Counted from the stretch's first letter, positions 15,665-25,854 are shown. The stretch: DNA of 64,000 bases from Victivallales bacterium (GCA_045589595.1 JAZNPK010000011.1:341-64340), one strand, 5' to 3'. Made by a program: numbers and translations. The notes: generated from the sequence alone by a model not told the origin.

Positions 15665-16936
15665 ATGCCGCTTTATCAATACACAGCAATGGATGCTGCG
15701 GGCAAAGAGACCAAAGGCGTAAAGGACGCACCGAACGAAAACGCCGTTTCCAAATTTCTGAAAGAACAGGGGATGTTCCCCACAAGTATCAAAGTTGCCA
15801 CAGCCACGGCTTCCAAGGCAGTGGGCGGCGGTACGGAAAAGAAAAAATCCATTCTGAACCTTGAGATCAATATCGGTCCTCTGAAGATCGGTCCCAAAGA
15901 CCTGACGGTGCTGACGCGTCAGCTTTCCATTCTGCTGGAAGCCGGTCTGCCGCTGGTCCGTTCTCTCCGTACGCTGGAACGTCAGGCGAAAAACCCGGCG
16001 GTCCGGAAGATTTTGGGAAAAGTTGCCGCATCGGTGGAAGGCGGTTCCGGTTTTTCCGAAGCGCTTTCCCAGTTCCCTGCGTCCTTCGACAATCTCTATG
16101 TGAACATGGTGCGCGCCGGTGAAGCTTCCGGTAAACTGGACCTGATCCTCAGCCGTCTGGCGATGTTCCGTGAAAAAGCCGCCAAGATCGCCGGCAAAGT
16201 AAAATCCGCCATGACGTACCCGATCATCGTTCTGACCATTGCCATCGGTATGACCATCGGTCTTATGGTGGGTATCGTGCCGAAATTCCAGCAGATGTTC
16301 AACGACATGCTCGGCGGCGCGGAACTGCCGGCTCTGACCCAGTTGGTCATCGACATCTCCCAGTTCATGCAGGATCAGATCGTGCTGATCCTCATCGTCC
16401 TTGCAGGGTTTATCGTCGGGATCAAACTGATGGTCAAGACGAAAGCCGGACGACTTCTGGTGGACTCTGCAAAATTCAGAATGCCTCTTTTCGGCGACTT
16501 GATTTCCAAGAATGCCATTTCCCGTTTCGCCCGTACGCTCGGTACCCTTACCGGTTCTGCCGTGCCGGCTCTCGATGCCTTGAAAATCGTGCGCGATACT
16601 TCCGGTAACGCGTTGGTTTCCAAAGCAGTTCAGCAGGTGCATGACGCGGTGAAGGAAGGGGAAACCATGTCTGCCACACTTGCCAGTACCAAGATCTTCC
16701 CCGTGATGGTGGTCAGTATGATCGAGGTCGGTGAAGAAACGGCAAAGACACCTGAAATGCTGGAAAAGATCGCCGATACCTACGATGAAGAAGTGGACAA
16801 CGCCGTGGCGGCATTGACCTCCATGATCGAACCGCTGCTCATGGTATTTCTGGCTGTGGTGGTCGGCGGTATCGTTATCGCCCTCTTCATGCCGCTGATC
16901 AAGATCATCGAAACCCTCGGCGGCGGAGCTGCATAA
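15665..16936 (+). CDS. PilC/GspF-family inner-membrane platform protein
   Basis: 423 aa. The N-terminus MPLYQYTAMDAAGKETKG and the duplicated GspF-type domains with three TM segments are characteristic. Confidence 0.9.
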   Translation: MPLYQYTAMDAAGKETKGVKDAPNENAVSKFLKEQGMFPTSIKVATATASKAVGGGTEKKKSILNLEINIGPLKIGPKDLTVLTRQLSILLEAGLPLVRSLRTLERQAKNPAVRKILGKVAASVEGGSGFSEALSQFPASFDNLYVNMVRAGEASGKLDLILSRLAMFREKAAKIAGKVKSAMTYPIIVLTIAIGMTIGLMVGIVPKFQQMFNDMLGGAELPALTQLVIDISQFMQDQIVLILIVLAGFIVGIKLMVKTKAGRLLVDSAKFRMPLFGDLISKNAISRFARTLGTLTGSAVPALDALKIVRDTSGNALVSKAVQQVHDAVKEGETMSATLASTKIFPVMVVSMIEVGEETAKTPEMLEKIADTYDEEVDNAVAALTSMIEPLLMVFLAVVVGGIVIALFMPLIKIIETLGGGAA

Positions 16937-16939
16937 ACC

Positions 16940-18025
16940 GTGCAGACTTTCGCAGTCATTATGGCGGGCGGGCGCGGTGAGCGCTTCTGGCCGATGAGTC
17001 GCGCCGCCCGGCCGAAACAGCTTCTGCCCCTGCTGGGGGAATTGACGCTGATCGAACAGACGGTCGCCCGGCTGACTCCGGTTTTTCCGCCGGAACGGAT
17101 CGTGATCGTGACCAATCGGGACTATGTGGCGCCCATGCGTCAGTTGTTGACAACGGTCCCGGCGGCGAATATTCTTGGAGAACCTGCCGGACGCAATACT
17201 GCTCCCTGCGTGGCGATGGCTGCGGCGTATGTCCGCAGTATTGCCGCGGATGAACCGGTGATCGCCCTGTTTCCGGCGGATCAGGCGGTGCGCGATACGG
17301 CGTCATTTTCAGCCGTCATTTCAGATTGTACGGTCTTTGCAGCCTCATCCGGACACATCGTCACGATCGGTATCAAGCCGTCATTTCCCAGTACGGGCTA
17401 TGGTTACATCGAACTGGGTGACCCCTTTGATCAGGAAGGTTTTCACAAGGTCCGTGCTTTCCATGAAAAACCCGATCCCGAAACGGCGGAACGGTATGTG
17501 GCATCCGGAAAATTCCGCTGGAACGGCGGCATGTTCTTTATGTCACACAAGACATTGACGGATGCGTTGACGGAACATGCACCGGATCTTATGGCGTTCC
17601 ACGATACGCTCCTGAATGCCTTCCGGCAGAACGACTGGCAGACGGTGGAACAGGCATATTCCGAAGTGCGGAAGATCTCCATCGATTACGCCGTTATGGA
17701 AAAAGCACCCAATATTGCCGTGGCGGAAGCGCGGTTCGACTGGGATGATGTGGGCAGCTGGACCAGTATGCGGAATCAGTTTGACGCCGATCATGACGGA
17801 AACATCGTCCGGGGTCTTCACGCCGGTGTACGCACAAATCATTCCGTCATTTTCAATCTTGACGGAGAAAATGACGGACACATCGTAGCCACGCTCGGAT
17901 TGGAAAATATGGTGGTCGTACGCACAAAAGACGCCACACTTGTCTGTCCTGCGGATGAAACACAGAAGATCGGGGAACTCCTGAAATATCTTCGCGAACA
18001 TGATGATTTGCAAAAGTTTATATAA
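16940..18025 (+). CDS. Mannose-1-phosphate guanylyltransferase (GDP-mannose pyrophosphorylase)
   Basis: 361 aa. AVIMAGGRGERFWPMSRAARPKQLL is the nucleotidyltransferase signature. GTG start lies 3 nt after the pilC-like stop. Confidence 0.85.
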   Translation: MQTFAVIMAGGRGERFWPMSRAARPKQLLPLLGELTLIEQTVARLTPVFPPERIVIVTNRDYVAPMRQLLTTVPAANILGEPAGRNTAPCVAMAAAYVRSIAADEPVIALFPADQAVRDTASFSAVISDCTVFAASSGHIVTIGIKPSFPSTGYGYIELGDPFDQEGFHKVRAFHEKPDPETAERYVASGKFRWNGGMFFMSHKTLTDALTEHAPDLMAFHDTLLNAFRQNDWQTVEQAYSEVRKISIDYAVMEKAPNIAVAEARFDWDDVGSWTSMRNQFDADHDGNIVRGLHAGVRTNHSVIFNLDGENDGHIVATLGLENMVVVRTKDATLVCPADETQKIGELLKYLREHDDLQKFI

Positions 18026-18047
18026 ATGACGGAAAAATGACGGAAAA
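18026..18047 (+). repeat. Tandem 11-bp duplication ATGACGGAAAA x2, forming two overlapping MTEK* mini-ORFs
   Basis: Sequence reads TAA|ATGACGGAAAA|ATGACGGAAAA|ATG. Each copy reads ATG ACG GAA AAA TGA, and each TGA overlaps the next ATG. Confidence 0.8.
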
Positions 18048-18746
18048 ATGAAACTCTGTATCCTGAACATCGGAAACACTCATGTTCTCATAGACATTGA
18101 CGGTGAGGAGACGAAAGTCCGCACCACGGAGTTCAAGCCGGAGATGATCCCCGACTGCCCCTGTGCCGCCTCCAGTGTTGTTCCCCATGTGACGGAACAG
18201 ATCCGCAAATACCGCTCCGACATTTTCTGGATCACAAAAGATACGCCCGGCATACCCGATCTCTCCCTTGTGGAAGCGGCAAAACTGGGCGCCGACCGGA
18301 TCGCCAATGCGTCAAAACTGCTTCACGACGGGATCCTGCCGGCGATGACCATTGATTGCGGAACCGCTGTCAACTGCGAAATCGTCAGTCCGGACGGCGT
18401 TTACAGGGGCGGTGCCATTTTTCCCGGCAGACTTCTTCTGCGGAAATCTCTGAATCTGTTTACGGCGCAGCTGCCCATTTTCCCTCTGTATCCGGATCTG
18501 CCGGAATTTCCGGGCAACTCCTCTGAATCCGATCTGCGCTGGGGGACCGACGGGATGCTCCTTGCCGGGATCCGGGAAGTGATCCGCCGGACACAGGCGA
18601 TGTTCCCCGGTCAGACGCTGCGGATCGTTGCCTGCGGCGGAGATTGTGATTTTCTGATGGAAAACATTCCCGGTCTGGAGCGGGGCGGACCCGGTTTCAC
18701 CAAAGCCGGTATCCGGTCCCTCTATGAAAAGGCAATGAAAAAATGA
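18048..18746 (+). CDS. coaX: Type III pantothenate kinase
   Basis: 232 aa with LNIGNTHV, GADRIANA and IDCGTA motifs. Confidence 0.85.
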   Translation: MKLCILNIGNTHVLIDIDGEETKVRTTEFKPEMIPDCPCAASSVVPHVTEQIRKYRSDIFWITKDTPGIPDLSLVEAAKLGADRIANASKLLHDGILPAMTIDCGTAVNCEIVSPDGVYRGGAIFPGRLLLRKSLNLFTAQLPIFPLYPDLPEFPGNSSESDLRWGTDGMLLAGIREVIRRTQAMFPGQTLRIVACGGDCDFLMENIPGLERGGPGFTKAGIRSLYEKAMKK

Positions 18747-19396
18747 CCCGTGTGAAGATTTGCGGTGTCCGTACTGTGAAGGACCTTTCCGCTGCAGCGG
18801 GGGCAGGGGCTGATGCTGTGGGATTTCTGGTGGGACAACGCCATGTGTCGGAACATTTTATCTCTGCGGAAGAAGCTGCGGTTCTGGCGGAAAAGATCCC
18901 GCCCTTCGTGACCGGTGTACTTGTGACCCATCTGACGGGACCGGAAGAAGTGGCGGATCTGCTCCGGCGGACCGGATTGCGGACGGTCCAGCTTCACGGC
19001 GGCAGCACAGCGGAAGAGATCCGGGAATTGCGCCGGATCATGGCGGAAAAGATCCGGATCATTGCGGCGGTCCATCTGCAAACATGCGCGGATGTGGCGG
19101 CGGTCCTTGACCGGCTGCCGGATGCGGATGCCATTCTGCTGGACAGTATGGATGCGGCGGCGGGAAAAGTCGGCGGAACGGGGCAGGTTTGCGATTGGGG
19201 ACTGGCTGCGGATTTTACGATATGTTGTCCGTTGCCGGTGATCCTGGCTGGCGGTTTGCGGACCGATAACGCGGCGGAGGCTGTCCGTTCGGTCCGACCG
19301 TACGGCGTGGATGCGAATACGGGCTTGAAAAATGAGTCCGGCGCGATCGATCCGGAGCTGGCGGAAATGTTCTGCCGGAATGTGAAGATGATATAA
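18743..19396 (+). CDS. trpF: Phosphoribosylanthranilate isomerase
   Basis: 217 aa starting MTRVKICGVRTVKD...GADAVGFLVG. ATGA overlap with coaX. Confidence 0.85.
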   Translation: MTRVKICGVRTVKDLSAAAGAGADAVGFLVGQRHVSEHFISAEEAAVLAEKIPPFVTGVLVTHLTGPEEVADLLRRTGLRTVQLHGGSTAEEIRELRRIMAEKIRIIAAVHLQTCADVAAVLDRLPDADAILLDSMDAAAGKVGGTGQVCDWGLAADFTICCPLPVILAGGLRTDNAAEAVRSVRPYGVDANTGLKNESGAIDPELAEMFCRNVKMI

Positions 19397-19443
19397 AAAC
19401 CAAACATTTGATCTATAAACAACAAATCAGGTAGAGAGGTGGC

Positions 19444-21423
19444 ATGATGTCGATTCCGAATGTCTGGACTGAACCTTTTGGTTCGCAACTGCAGAAACAT
19501 TGTATGCATGAAGCGGCGACCCGTTTCCGGATGTTTGCATTGAATCCGGAAACGTGGCAGGAGGATCGGGAAGAGATCTGGAACCGGATCGCGGAAGCCA
19601 TGGGGCTGCATTACGATCCGGAATTGCCGTTGGAATACAAGGAGTACGGTAAACCCATCAAGATGGATGGTTACACGATCAAACGTGTCAGTTATCTCGG
19701 TGCGCCCGGCAGATATGTGAGCGGCAACCTGTACATTCCGGACGGCAAGGGACCGTTCCCGGCGGTGATCAGTGTACACGGTCACTGGGTGCAGGGGCGT
19801 CTTGCGGAACGGGTCCAGACCCGCGGTCATGCATTGGCGAAACTGGGATTTGTGGTGCTGGCAGTGGATGCTTTCGGCTCCGGTGAACGCAGTCAGGTTT
19901 ACGGAAAATATTGTTATCACGGCGGATTGCGTGCCGTTTCTCTGATGAATGTGGGTTATCCGCTGATGGGTATTCTGGTGACCGACAACATGCGCGGTGT
20001 GGATCTGCTTCAGAGTCTGAAATATGTGGATGGCGACCGTATCGGCGCGACGGGAGCCAGCGGCGGCGGCAATCAGACCATGTGGCTTGCTGCCATGGAT
20101 GAGCGTATCAAAGCTGCCGTGCCTGTGGTGAGTGTCGGCACATTTGAATCTTATATGCGCACTGAAAACTGTGTGTGTGAACTGCTGCCCGGCGGTCTGG
20201 AGATCTGCGAAGAATCCGGCGTTCTGGCTCTGGTGGCACCCCGGGCGATCAAAATGCTCAATGCCCAGCTGGATCCCTATGAATCCTTCCAGCCGAAGGA
20301 AATGATCCGGTCCGTTGCAGAAGCGAAAAAGATTTTTGATATGTACGGCGTTCCGGGAAATATTTCCAGTCAGATCTTCAATACGCCCCACGGATTTTCT
20401 CCGGCTGCGCGTGAAGCCATGCTCGGCTTTATGCTGCGTCATCTGAAGGGGGAAGGCTGCGGCGACCCCGTTCCGGAACCGGAATATGAATGTCTGCCGG
20501 AAGAAGATCTGATGCTGTTCAAAGGCGGGACCCGTCCGGAAGGATTCGGCACTCTGCCCGACTTCACCAATGAACGGGCGGCGGAATATGCAGCTGCATT
20601 GATGGAGGAAAAGACCATTTCCCGCAGTGCCAAAGTGTTCGATCTTATGCAGCGTCTCCGCAATACCGGCAGGATCGGTATGGAATGCGGCGGGACCGGT
20701 ACGGAAAACGGCTGGGAAAAACTGATGATCCAGGATCTTGAAAATGATCTGATCATTCCGGTACTGTTCCGGGCTCCGGCACCTGCCAAAGGCAAAAAGA
20801 AAGCCTCGAAACAGCTGCTTGTTCTTGCCACCGGCGATATTGCGGGCAAAACCAAACTGGAAAAAACAGATATCCTCACGGAAGCGTTGGAGCGGGGCGA
20901 TGCTGTGGCGCTGTTCGACCTTTCCGACACGGGTGAAGTTGCTTATCCGCTGTACTTCGGTCTGCCCCAGCATCATCTGCAGGTCCGTGCAACATCGTGG
21001 CTCGGCGGTACGCTTATGGGACATTGGACAGGTGAATATCAGATCGTGGCAGATGCGCTTCTTGACCGGCTCGACGGAGAATATCAGGTCACGTACGGCG
21101 GTGTGGGCGATGCAGGTATGGCGGCGACATTTGCCGCAGTGCTGGATGAACGGGCGAACAGTTCCGCCATTACGGAAAATGCCTGCTGTACATTCAATCT
21201 GTACGAAAAAGGCGGCGTGGAAGGCGAAAGCAATATCCTGACTCTTGCCATGCTGGTCCCGGGTATTCTGGAATGGGGCGACCTGACGCTTGCAGCGGCA
21301 ATGGTCCGCGGCGATTTCACCATGATCGCTCCCAGAAATCCCGATGGTTCCGAACTCACGGAAGACGAAGCGGAATTCTTTGCCGAATGTGTGGCGACTC
21401 TGCGGGATAAACTGGTCGATTGA
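19444..21423 (+). CDS. Alpha/beta hydrolase (acetyl-xylan-esterase / dienelactone-hydrolase-like), two-domain
   Basis: 659 aa. GPFPAVISVHGH and the nucleophile-elbow-like GATGASGGGN are present. The C-terminal half is uncharacterised. Confidence 0.7.
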   Translation: MMSIPNVWTEPFGSQLQKHCMHEAATRFRMFALNPETWQEDREEIWNRIAEAMGLHYDPELPLEYKEYGKPIKMDGYTIKRVSYLGAPGRYVSGNLYIPDGKGPFPAVISVHGHWVQGRLAERVQTRGHALAKLGFVVLAVDAFGSGERSQVYGKYCYHGGLRAVSLMNVGYPLMGILVTDNMRGVDLLQSLKYVDGDRIGATGASGGGNQTMWLAAMDERIKAAVPVVSVGTFESYMRTENCVCELLPGGLEICEESGVLALVAPRAIKMLNAQLDPYESFQPKEMIRSVAEAKKIFDMYGVPGNISSQIFNTPHGFSPAAREAMLGFMLRHLKGEGCGDPVPEPEYECLPEEDLMLFKGGTRPEGFGTLPDFTNERAAEYAAALMEEKTISRSAKVFDLMQRLRNTGRIGMECGGTGTENGWEKLMIQDLENDLIIPVLFRAPAPAKGKKKASKQLLVLATGDIAGKTKLEKTDILTEALERGDAVALFDLSDTGEVAYPLYFGLPQHHLQVRATSWLGGTLMGHWTGEYQIVADALLDRLDGEYQVTYGGVGDAGMAATFAAVLDERANSSAITENACCTFNLYEKGGVEGESNILTLAMLVPGILEWGDLTLAAAMVRGDFTMIAPRNPDGSELTEDEAEFFAECVATLRDKLVD

Positions 21424-21452
21424 AAATAACGGGTGTTCCGGGAGAGAACTTT

Positions 21453-22292
21453 ATGCTTCATATCGGTTGTCATCTTTCAGCGTCCGGCGGATACCGCCGC
21501 ATGGCGGAAGAGGCGTTGTCCATCGGCGCGGATACCTTCCAGTTTTTTACACGGAATCCCCGCGGCGGCGCCTCGAAGCCGCTTGATCCTGACGACATGG
21601 CGGCGTGTGCTGCCATCTGCCGGGAACATCATTTTGCGCCGCTGGTGGCACATGCTCCCTACACATTGAATCCCTGCGGTTCGGAACAGCGGGTCCGGGC
21701 TTTTGCCCGTCAGGTCTTTGCGGACGATCTTGCCATTCTGGAACATCTGCCCGGTAATTATTACAATTTTCATCCGGGCAGTCATGTGGGGCAGGGGATC
21801 GAAGCCGGGATCGCGCTGGTGACGGAGCTTCTGAACGAAGTGCTGAAACCGGGCTGGAAGACAACTGTTCTGCTGGAAGCCATGGCGGGAAAAGGCAGCG
21901 AAGTCGGTTCCCGTTTTGAGGAATTGAAAGCGATCATTGACGGAACGGAACGGGGAGATGAATTGGGCGTCTGTCTGGATACATGCCATATTTTCTGTGC
22001 CGGATATGATGTTGTCGGCGATCTGGATGGTGTGCTGAAGGAATTTGACCGCATCATCGGACTCGACCGGCTGAAAGCGATCCACCTGAACGACAGTATG
22101 CAGCCATTCGGCAGTCACAAGGACCGTCACGAAAAGATCGGACAGGGCACATTGGGTCTGGATGCGATCCGCCGGATCATATCCCATCCGTCTCTGCGGG
22201 ATCTTCCGTTTATCCTTGAAACACCTCATGAAGATGTTTCGGGGTACGCAATGGAGATCAGGACCTTGAAAATGACGGAAATGGATGTATAG
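21453..22292 (+). CDS. nfo: Endonuclease IV (deoxyribonuclease IV)
   Basis: Start at ATG 21453 (SD GGGAGAG). MLHIGCHLSASGG...GADTFQFFTRNPRGG and HxxYxxN are typical of Nfo. The track start at 21420 overlaps the upstream stop. Confidence 0.85.
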   Translation: MLHIGCHLSASGGYRRMAEEALSIGADTFQFFTRNPRGGASKPLDPDDMAACAAICREHHFAPLVAHAPYTLNPCGSEQRVRAFARQVFADDLAILEHLPGNYYNFHPGSHVGQGIEAGIALVTELLNEVLKPGWKTTVLLEAMAGKGSEVGSRFEELKAIIDGTERGDELGVCLDTCHIFCAGYDVVGDLDGVLKEFDRIIGLDRLKAIHLNDSMQPFGSHKDRHEKIGQGTLGLDAIRRIISHPSLRDLPFILETPHEDVSGYAMEIRTLKMTEMDV

Positions 22293-22337
22293 TAAGGACT
22301 GTGCGAAACAGAACCGTTATCACATCAAGGAGAAAAA

Positions 22338-23261
22338 ATGAAACTTGCATGGATCTTTTCAGGACAGGGTGCCCAGAGTGTCGGAATGGGCAGAGACCTT
22401 TATGAAAACAGTGCCGCTGCGAAAGCTGTATTTGATGAAGCAGACGCTGTTCTCGGCTATTCCATCTCTGACATCTGCTTCAACGGACCCGATGAAAAAC
22501 TGACCAGCAGTATTTATTGCCAGAGCGCGATCTATACCATGTCCATGGCGTGCCTTGCCGCATTCAGAGAATGTTATCCGGATGCACCCGCACCCGTGGC
22601 GGCGGCAGGTTTGAGCCTCGGCGAATACGCCGCACTGGCGGCTGCCGGGTATTTTTCTTTTGCCGACGGTCTGAAACTGGTGACGAAACGCGGCGCATTG
22701 ATGGATGAAGCATGCAAACTCACCAACGGTTCCATGGCAAGTGTGATCGGCGGCGATCCCGAAATGATCGATGCCGTGTGCAAAGAATATGATATCGATG
22801 TGGCAAACTACAACTGCCCCGGTCAGACGGTCATCAGCGGACCGGCGGACCGTGTGGAAAAAGCGGCAGCCGACATCAAGGCAAAGGGTGCAAAACGCGC
22901 CATCGTTCTGAATGTGGCGGGCGGATTCCACAGCCGTCTTATGGCAACTGCCGGAGAAGCACTCAAGCCCGTTCTGGCGGAAGTGCCCGTTTCCCCGCTG
23001 CAGATCCCTGTGGCGCAGAATGTTCCCGGAGCCATTGTGGCGGATGAAAGCGTCATCAAAGACAATCTTGCCGCCCAGGTCGCGGGCAGTGTCCGCTGGG
23101 AATCCTGCGTGCGCGACATCATTGCGAAGGCGGGTGCGGATGCCTTTATTGAATTCGGACCGGGCAATGTGCTGACCGGACTGGTTCGCCGGACGGTGTC
23201 CGATATGAAAGTGTTCAATGTTTCCGGGATTTCCGGACTTGATACGTTTGCGGCGGAATGA
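22338..23261 (+). CDS. fabD: Malonyl-CoA:ACP transacylase
   Basis: 307 aa with FSGQGAQSVGMG and GLSLGEY motifs. Confidence 0.92.
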   Translation: MKLAWIFSGQGAQSVGMGRDLYENSAAAKAVFDEADAVLGYSISDICFNGPDEKLTSSIYCQSAIYTMSMACLAAFRECYPDAPAPVAAAGLSLGEYAALAAAGYFSFADGLKLVTKRGALMDEACKLTNGSMASVIGGDPEMIDAVCKEYDIDVANYNCPGQTVISGPADRVEKAAADIKAKGAKRAIVLNVAGGFHSRLMATAGEALKPVLAEVPVSPLQIPVAQNVPGAIVADESVIKDNLAAQVAGSVRWESCVRDIIAKAGADAFIEFGPGNVLTGLVRRTVSDMKVFNVSGISGLDTFAAE

Positions 23262-23309
23262 GAATTCCGGAAAAAACCTTAACCCAACAGAAGGAAAGGC
23301 AAAACAACA

Positions 23310-24059
23310 ATGTGCAGTAAATCCCTGGAAGGCAGAGTGGCACTTGTCACAGGCGGTGCCCGCGGTATCGGTAAGGCGATCTGCGCCCGTCTGGCAAAAG
23401 AAGGCGCTGCGGTCGTGATGGTCGATATCATGCCCGACGTGGCGGAAGCGACAGCGGCGGAATTCCGCGCTCAAGGTTATGACGCCATGGCATTCGGAGC
23501 CAACGTCGCCAAAATGGAAGATGCGGAAGCGACCGTGAAAGCAACCGTTGACAAGTACGGTAAACTGGATATTCTGGTGAACTGTGCAGGTATCACACGC
23601 GATACCCTGCTGATGCGTATGACGGAAGAAGATTTCGATGCCGTTATCGCTGTGAATCTGAAAGGAACGTTCAACTTTATCAAGGCGGCGATCCGTCCCA
23701 TGATGAAGAACCGTTACGGAAAGATCGTGAACATCTCCTCCATCGTCGGTCGTGCCGGCAATGCGGGTCAGGTGAACTATTCCGCATCCAAAGCGGGCGT
23801 CATCGGTATTACCAAATCCGTGGCGAAAGAACTGGGCAGCCGCAATATCATGGCGAACGCCGTGGCTCCCGGATTCATCCAGACGCCCATGACGGATAAA
23901 CTTTCCCCGGAAGCGCGCGAAGCATTCCTGAACGCCATTTCCCTCAAGCGTCTCGGACAGCCGGAAGATGTGGCAAATGTGGTTTACTTCCTCTCTTCTC
24001 CGGATTCAGACTATGTTTCCGGTCAGGTCATCAACGTCTGCGGCGGTGCCCTTACCTGA
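23310..24059 (+). CDS. fabG: 3-oxoacyl-ACP reductase
   Basis: 249 aa. SDR motifs TGGARGIG, NAG and YSASK. Confidence 0.92.
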   Translation: MCSKSLEGRVALVTGGARGIGKAICARLAKEGAAVVMVDIMPDVAEATAAEFRAQGYDAMAFGANVAKMEDAEATVKATVDKYGKLDILVNCAGITRDTLLMRMTEEDFDAVIAVNLKGTFNFIKAAIRPMMKNRYGKIVNISSIVGRAGNAGQVNYSASKAGVIGITKSVAKELGSRNIMANAVAPGFIQTPMTDKLSPEAREAFLNAISLKRLGQPEDVANVVYFLSSPDSDYVSGQVINVCGGALT

Positions 24060-24223
24060 TAAAAAAACAGCTTTTTTCTGCATGTTTATGAAAAAAAATG
24101 CATAGATGGCAGAAAAAAACTTGAAAAAATAAAAAGAAATGGCATATTATAGAAGTGTACCATTTCTTTTGAGAGAAACCAAACAACTCGATTTAGAGAA
24201 AAAACAAACGGAAAGGATTTGCA

Positions 24224-24466
24224 ATGTCTACTATTGCAGAGAAAGTCAAACAGCTCGTTGTCGATCAGCTTTCGGTCTCCCCTGACCAGGTCACAGACGA
24301 TGCCCGCTTCACCGAAGACCTGAACGCCGACTCCCTGGACCTCGTCGAACTCATTATGGCCCTGGAAGAAGAATTCGGCGCAGACATTCCCGACGAAGAA
24401 GCTGAAAAGCTGAAAACCGTTGGCGAAGCGATCGCGTATATCGAGAACAACAAGAAGGGCGAATAA
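24224..24466 (+). CDS. acpP: Acyl carrier protein
   Basis: 80 aa with the [20 protein letters not shown] phosphopantetheine-attachment motif. Confidence 0.95.
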   Translation: MSTIAEKVKQLVVDQLSVSPDQVTDDARFTEDLNADSLDLVELIMALEEEFGADIPDEEAEKLKTVGEAIAYIENNKKGE

Positions 24467-24483
24467 CCCGTTGTTCTGCAGGA

Positions 24484-24521
24484 AAAGGGGTCATTCGCGT
24501 ATGTGAATGACCCTTTTTTTT
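24484..24521 (+). terminator. Intrinsic terminator after acpP
   Basis: GGGTCATTC-gcgtatgt-GAATGACCC followed by an eight-T run. Confidence 0.8.
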
Positions 24522-24594
24522 ATCACTTTGGAAATTAAGAAAAAAATCTGCTATTGACAGCAGAATGTGAAAACTGACAGATGGAGTAAGCCAC

Positions 24595-25854
24595 ATGGAG
24601 AAGAAACGAGTTGTGATTACCGGTATGGGGGCAATTTCCTGCGTGGGAAATGATGTCGCGACCATGTGGGATTCGCTGGTAAACGGACGGTGCGGGATCG
24701 ATCGTGTTACGATCTTTGACGCCTCCACATGCAAGACCCAGATCGCCGGCGAAGTCAAGGGATTCGACCCCTTGAAATATATGGATTCGAAAGATGCCCG
24801 TCGTTTCGACGATTATTGTATATTTGCAATCGCAGCCTGCCGTGAAGCGTTGGAAGATGCAGGGCTGCCTATGGATTTCCGCAATGAAGGTTCTCCCGTG
24901 GAACCGGACCGCGTCGGTGTGATCATCGGCAGCGGGATCGGCGGTATGCGTACGATTGAACGTGATGCACGCGTGCTGGTGGACAAAGGTCCTTCCCGGA
25001 TCAGCCCCTTCTTCATTCCCATGCTCATCGCCAATATGGCATCCGGTCAGATCGCCATTATGCACGGCGCCCAGGGACCCAACTATGCGGCAGTTTCCGC
25101 CTGTTCCAGCGGTACTCACGCGATCGCGGATGCGTTTTACAGCATTCAGCGCGGCGATACCGATATGATGATCACCGGCGGTGCGGAAGCATCCGTTTCC
25201 GAACTCGGTTTCGGCGGTTTCTGTTCCATGAAAGCCATGAGTACCCGCAATGATGATCCCAAACATGCATCACGCCCCTTCGATAAAGACCGTGACGGAT
25301 TCATTATGAGTGAAGGTGCCGGTATTCTGATCCTTGAAGAATATGAACACGCGAAGGCGCGTGGTGCGAAGATCTACGCGGAAATTGCCGGAGCCGGTGC
25401 CACCGGAGATGCTTATCACATCACGAGCCCCGCGCCCAACGGTGACGGTGCCGCCAGAGCCATTGCCATGGCGCTGCGTTCTGCACAGATCGACCGTTCG
25501 CTTGTCGATTACATCAATGCCCACGGGACCAGTACGCATCTGAACGATATGTACGAGACTCAGGCGATCAAAACGGTGTTCGGCGAAGATGCCCGCAAAA
25601 TCGCCATGAGCAGTACCAAAGGTACCATGGGACATGGTCTTGGGGCAGCCGGCGGTTTTGAAACGATCATCTGCGCCAAAGTCATTCAGTCGGGGATCAT
25701 TCCGCCGACGATCAACTATACTACGCCCGATCCGGATTGCGATCTGGATTGCACGCCCAACACGGCGCGTGAACGGAAAGTCGATATTGCGGTCAATACG
25801 AACCTCGGGTTCGGCGGTCACAATGGTGTCATTGTGCTGCGCCGCTGTGAATAA
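24595..25854 (+). CDS. fabF: Beta-ketoacyl-ACP synthase II
   Basis: 419 aa. Carries KRVVITGMG, the active-site ACSSG, and the HGTST and GHGLGAAG motifs. Confidence 0.93.
   Translation: MEKKRVVITGMGAISCVGNDVATMWDSLVNGRCGIDRVTIFDASTCKTQIAGEVKGFDPLKYMDSKDARRFDDYCIFAIAACREALEDAGLPMDFRNEGSPVEPDRVGVIIGSGIGGMRTIERDARVLVDKGPSRISPFFIPMLIANMASGQIAIMHGAQGPNYAAVSACSSGTHAIADAFYSIQRGDTDMMITGGAEASVSELGFGGFCSMKAMSTRNDDPKHASRPFDKDRDGFIMSEGAGILILEEYEHAKARGAKIYAEIAGAGATGDAYHITSPAPNGDGAARAIAMALRSAQIDRSLVDYINAHGTSTHLNDMYETQAIKTVFGEDARKIAMSSTKGTMGHGLGAAGGFETIICAKVIQSGIIPPTINYTTPDPDCDLDCTPNTARERKVDIAVNTNLGFGGHNGVIVLRRCE

Noticed and set aside
12819-21024. Further very long antisense ORFs: 12819-14075, 14091-15248, 15533-16642 and 18994-21024. 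Similar ones lie opposite the secretin, adaptor, MATE and DnaJ genes.
   Set aside because: Each lies opposite a gene with unmistakable family motifs. None has an SD or start context, and all show the same biased composition. They are frame shadows, not overlapping genes.
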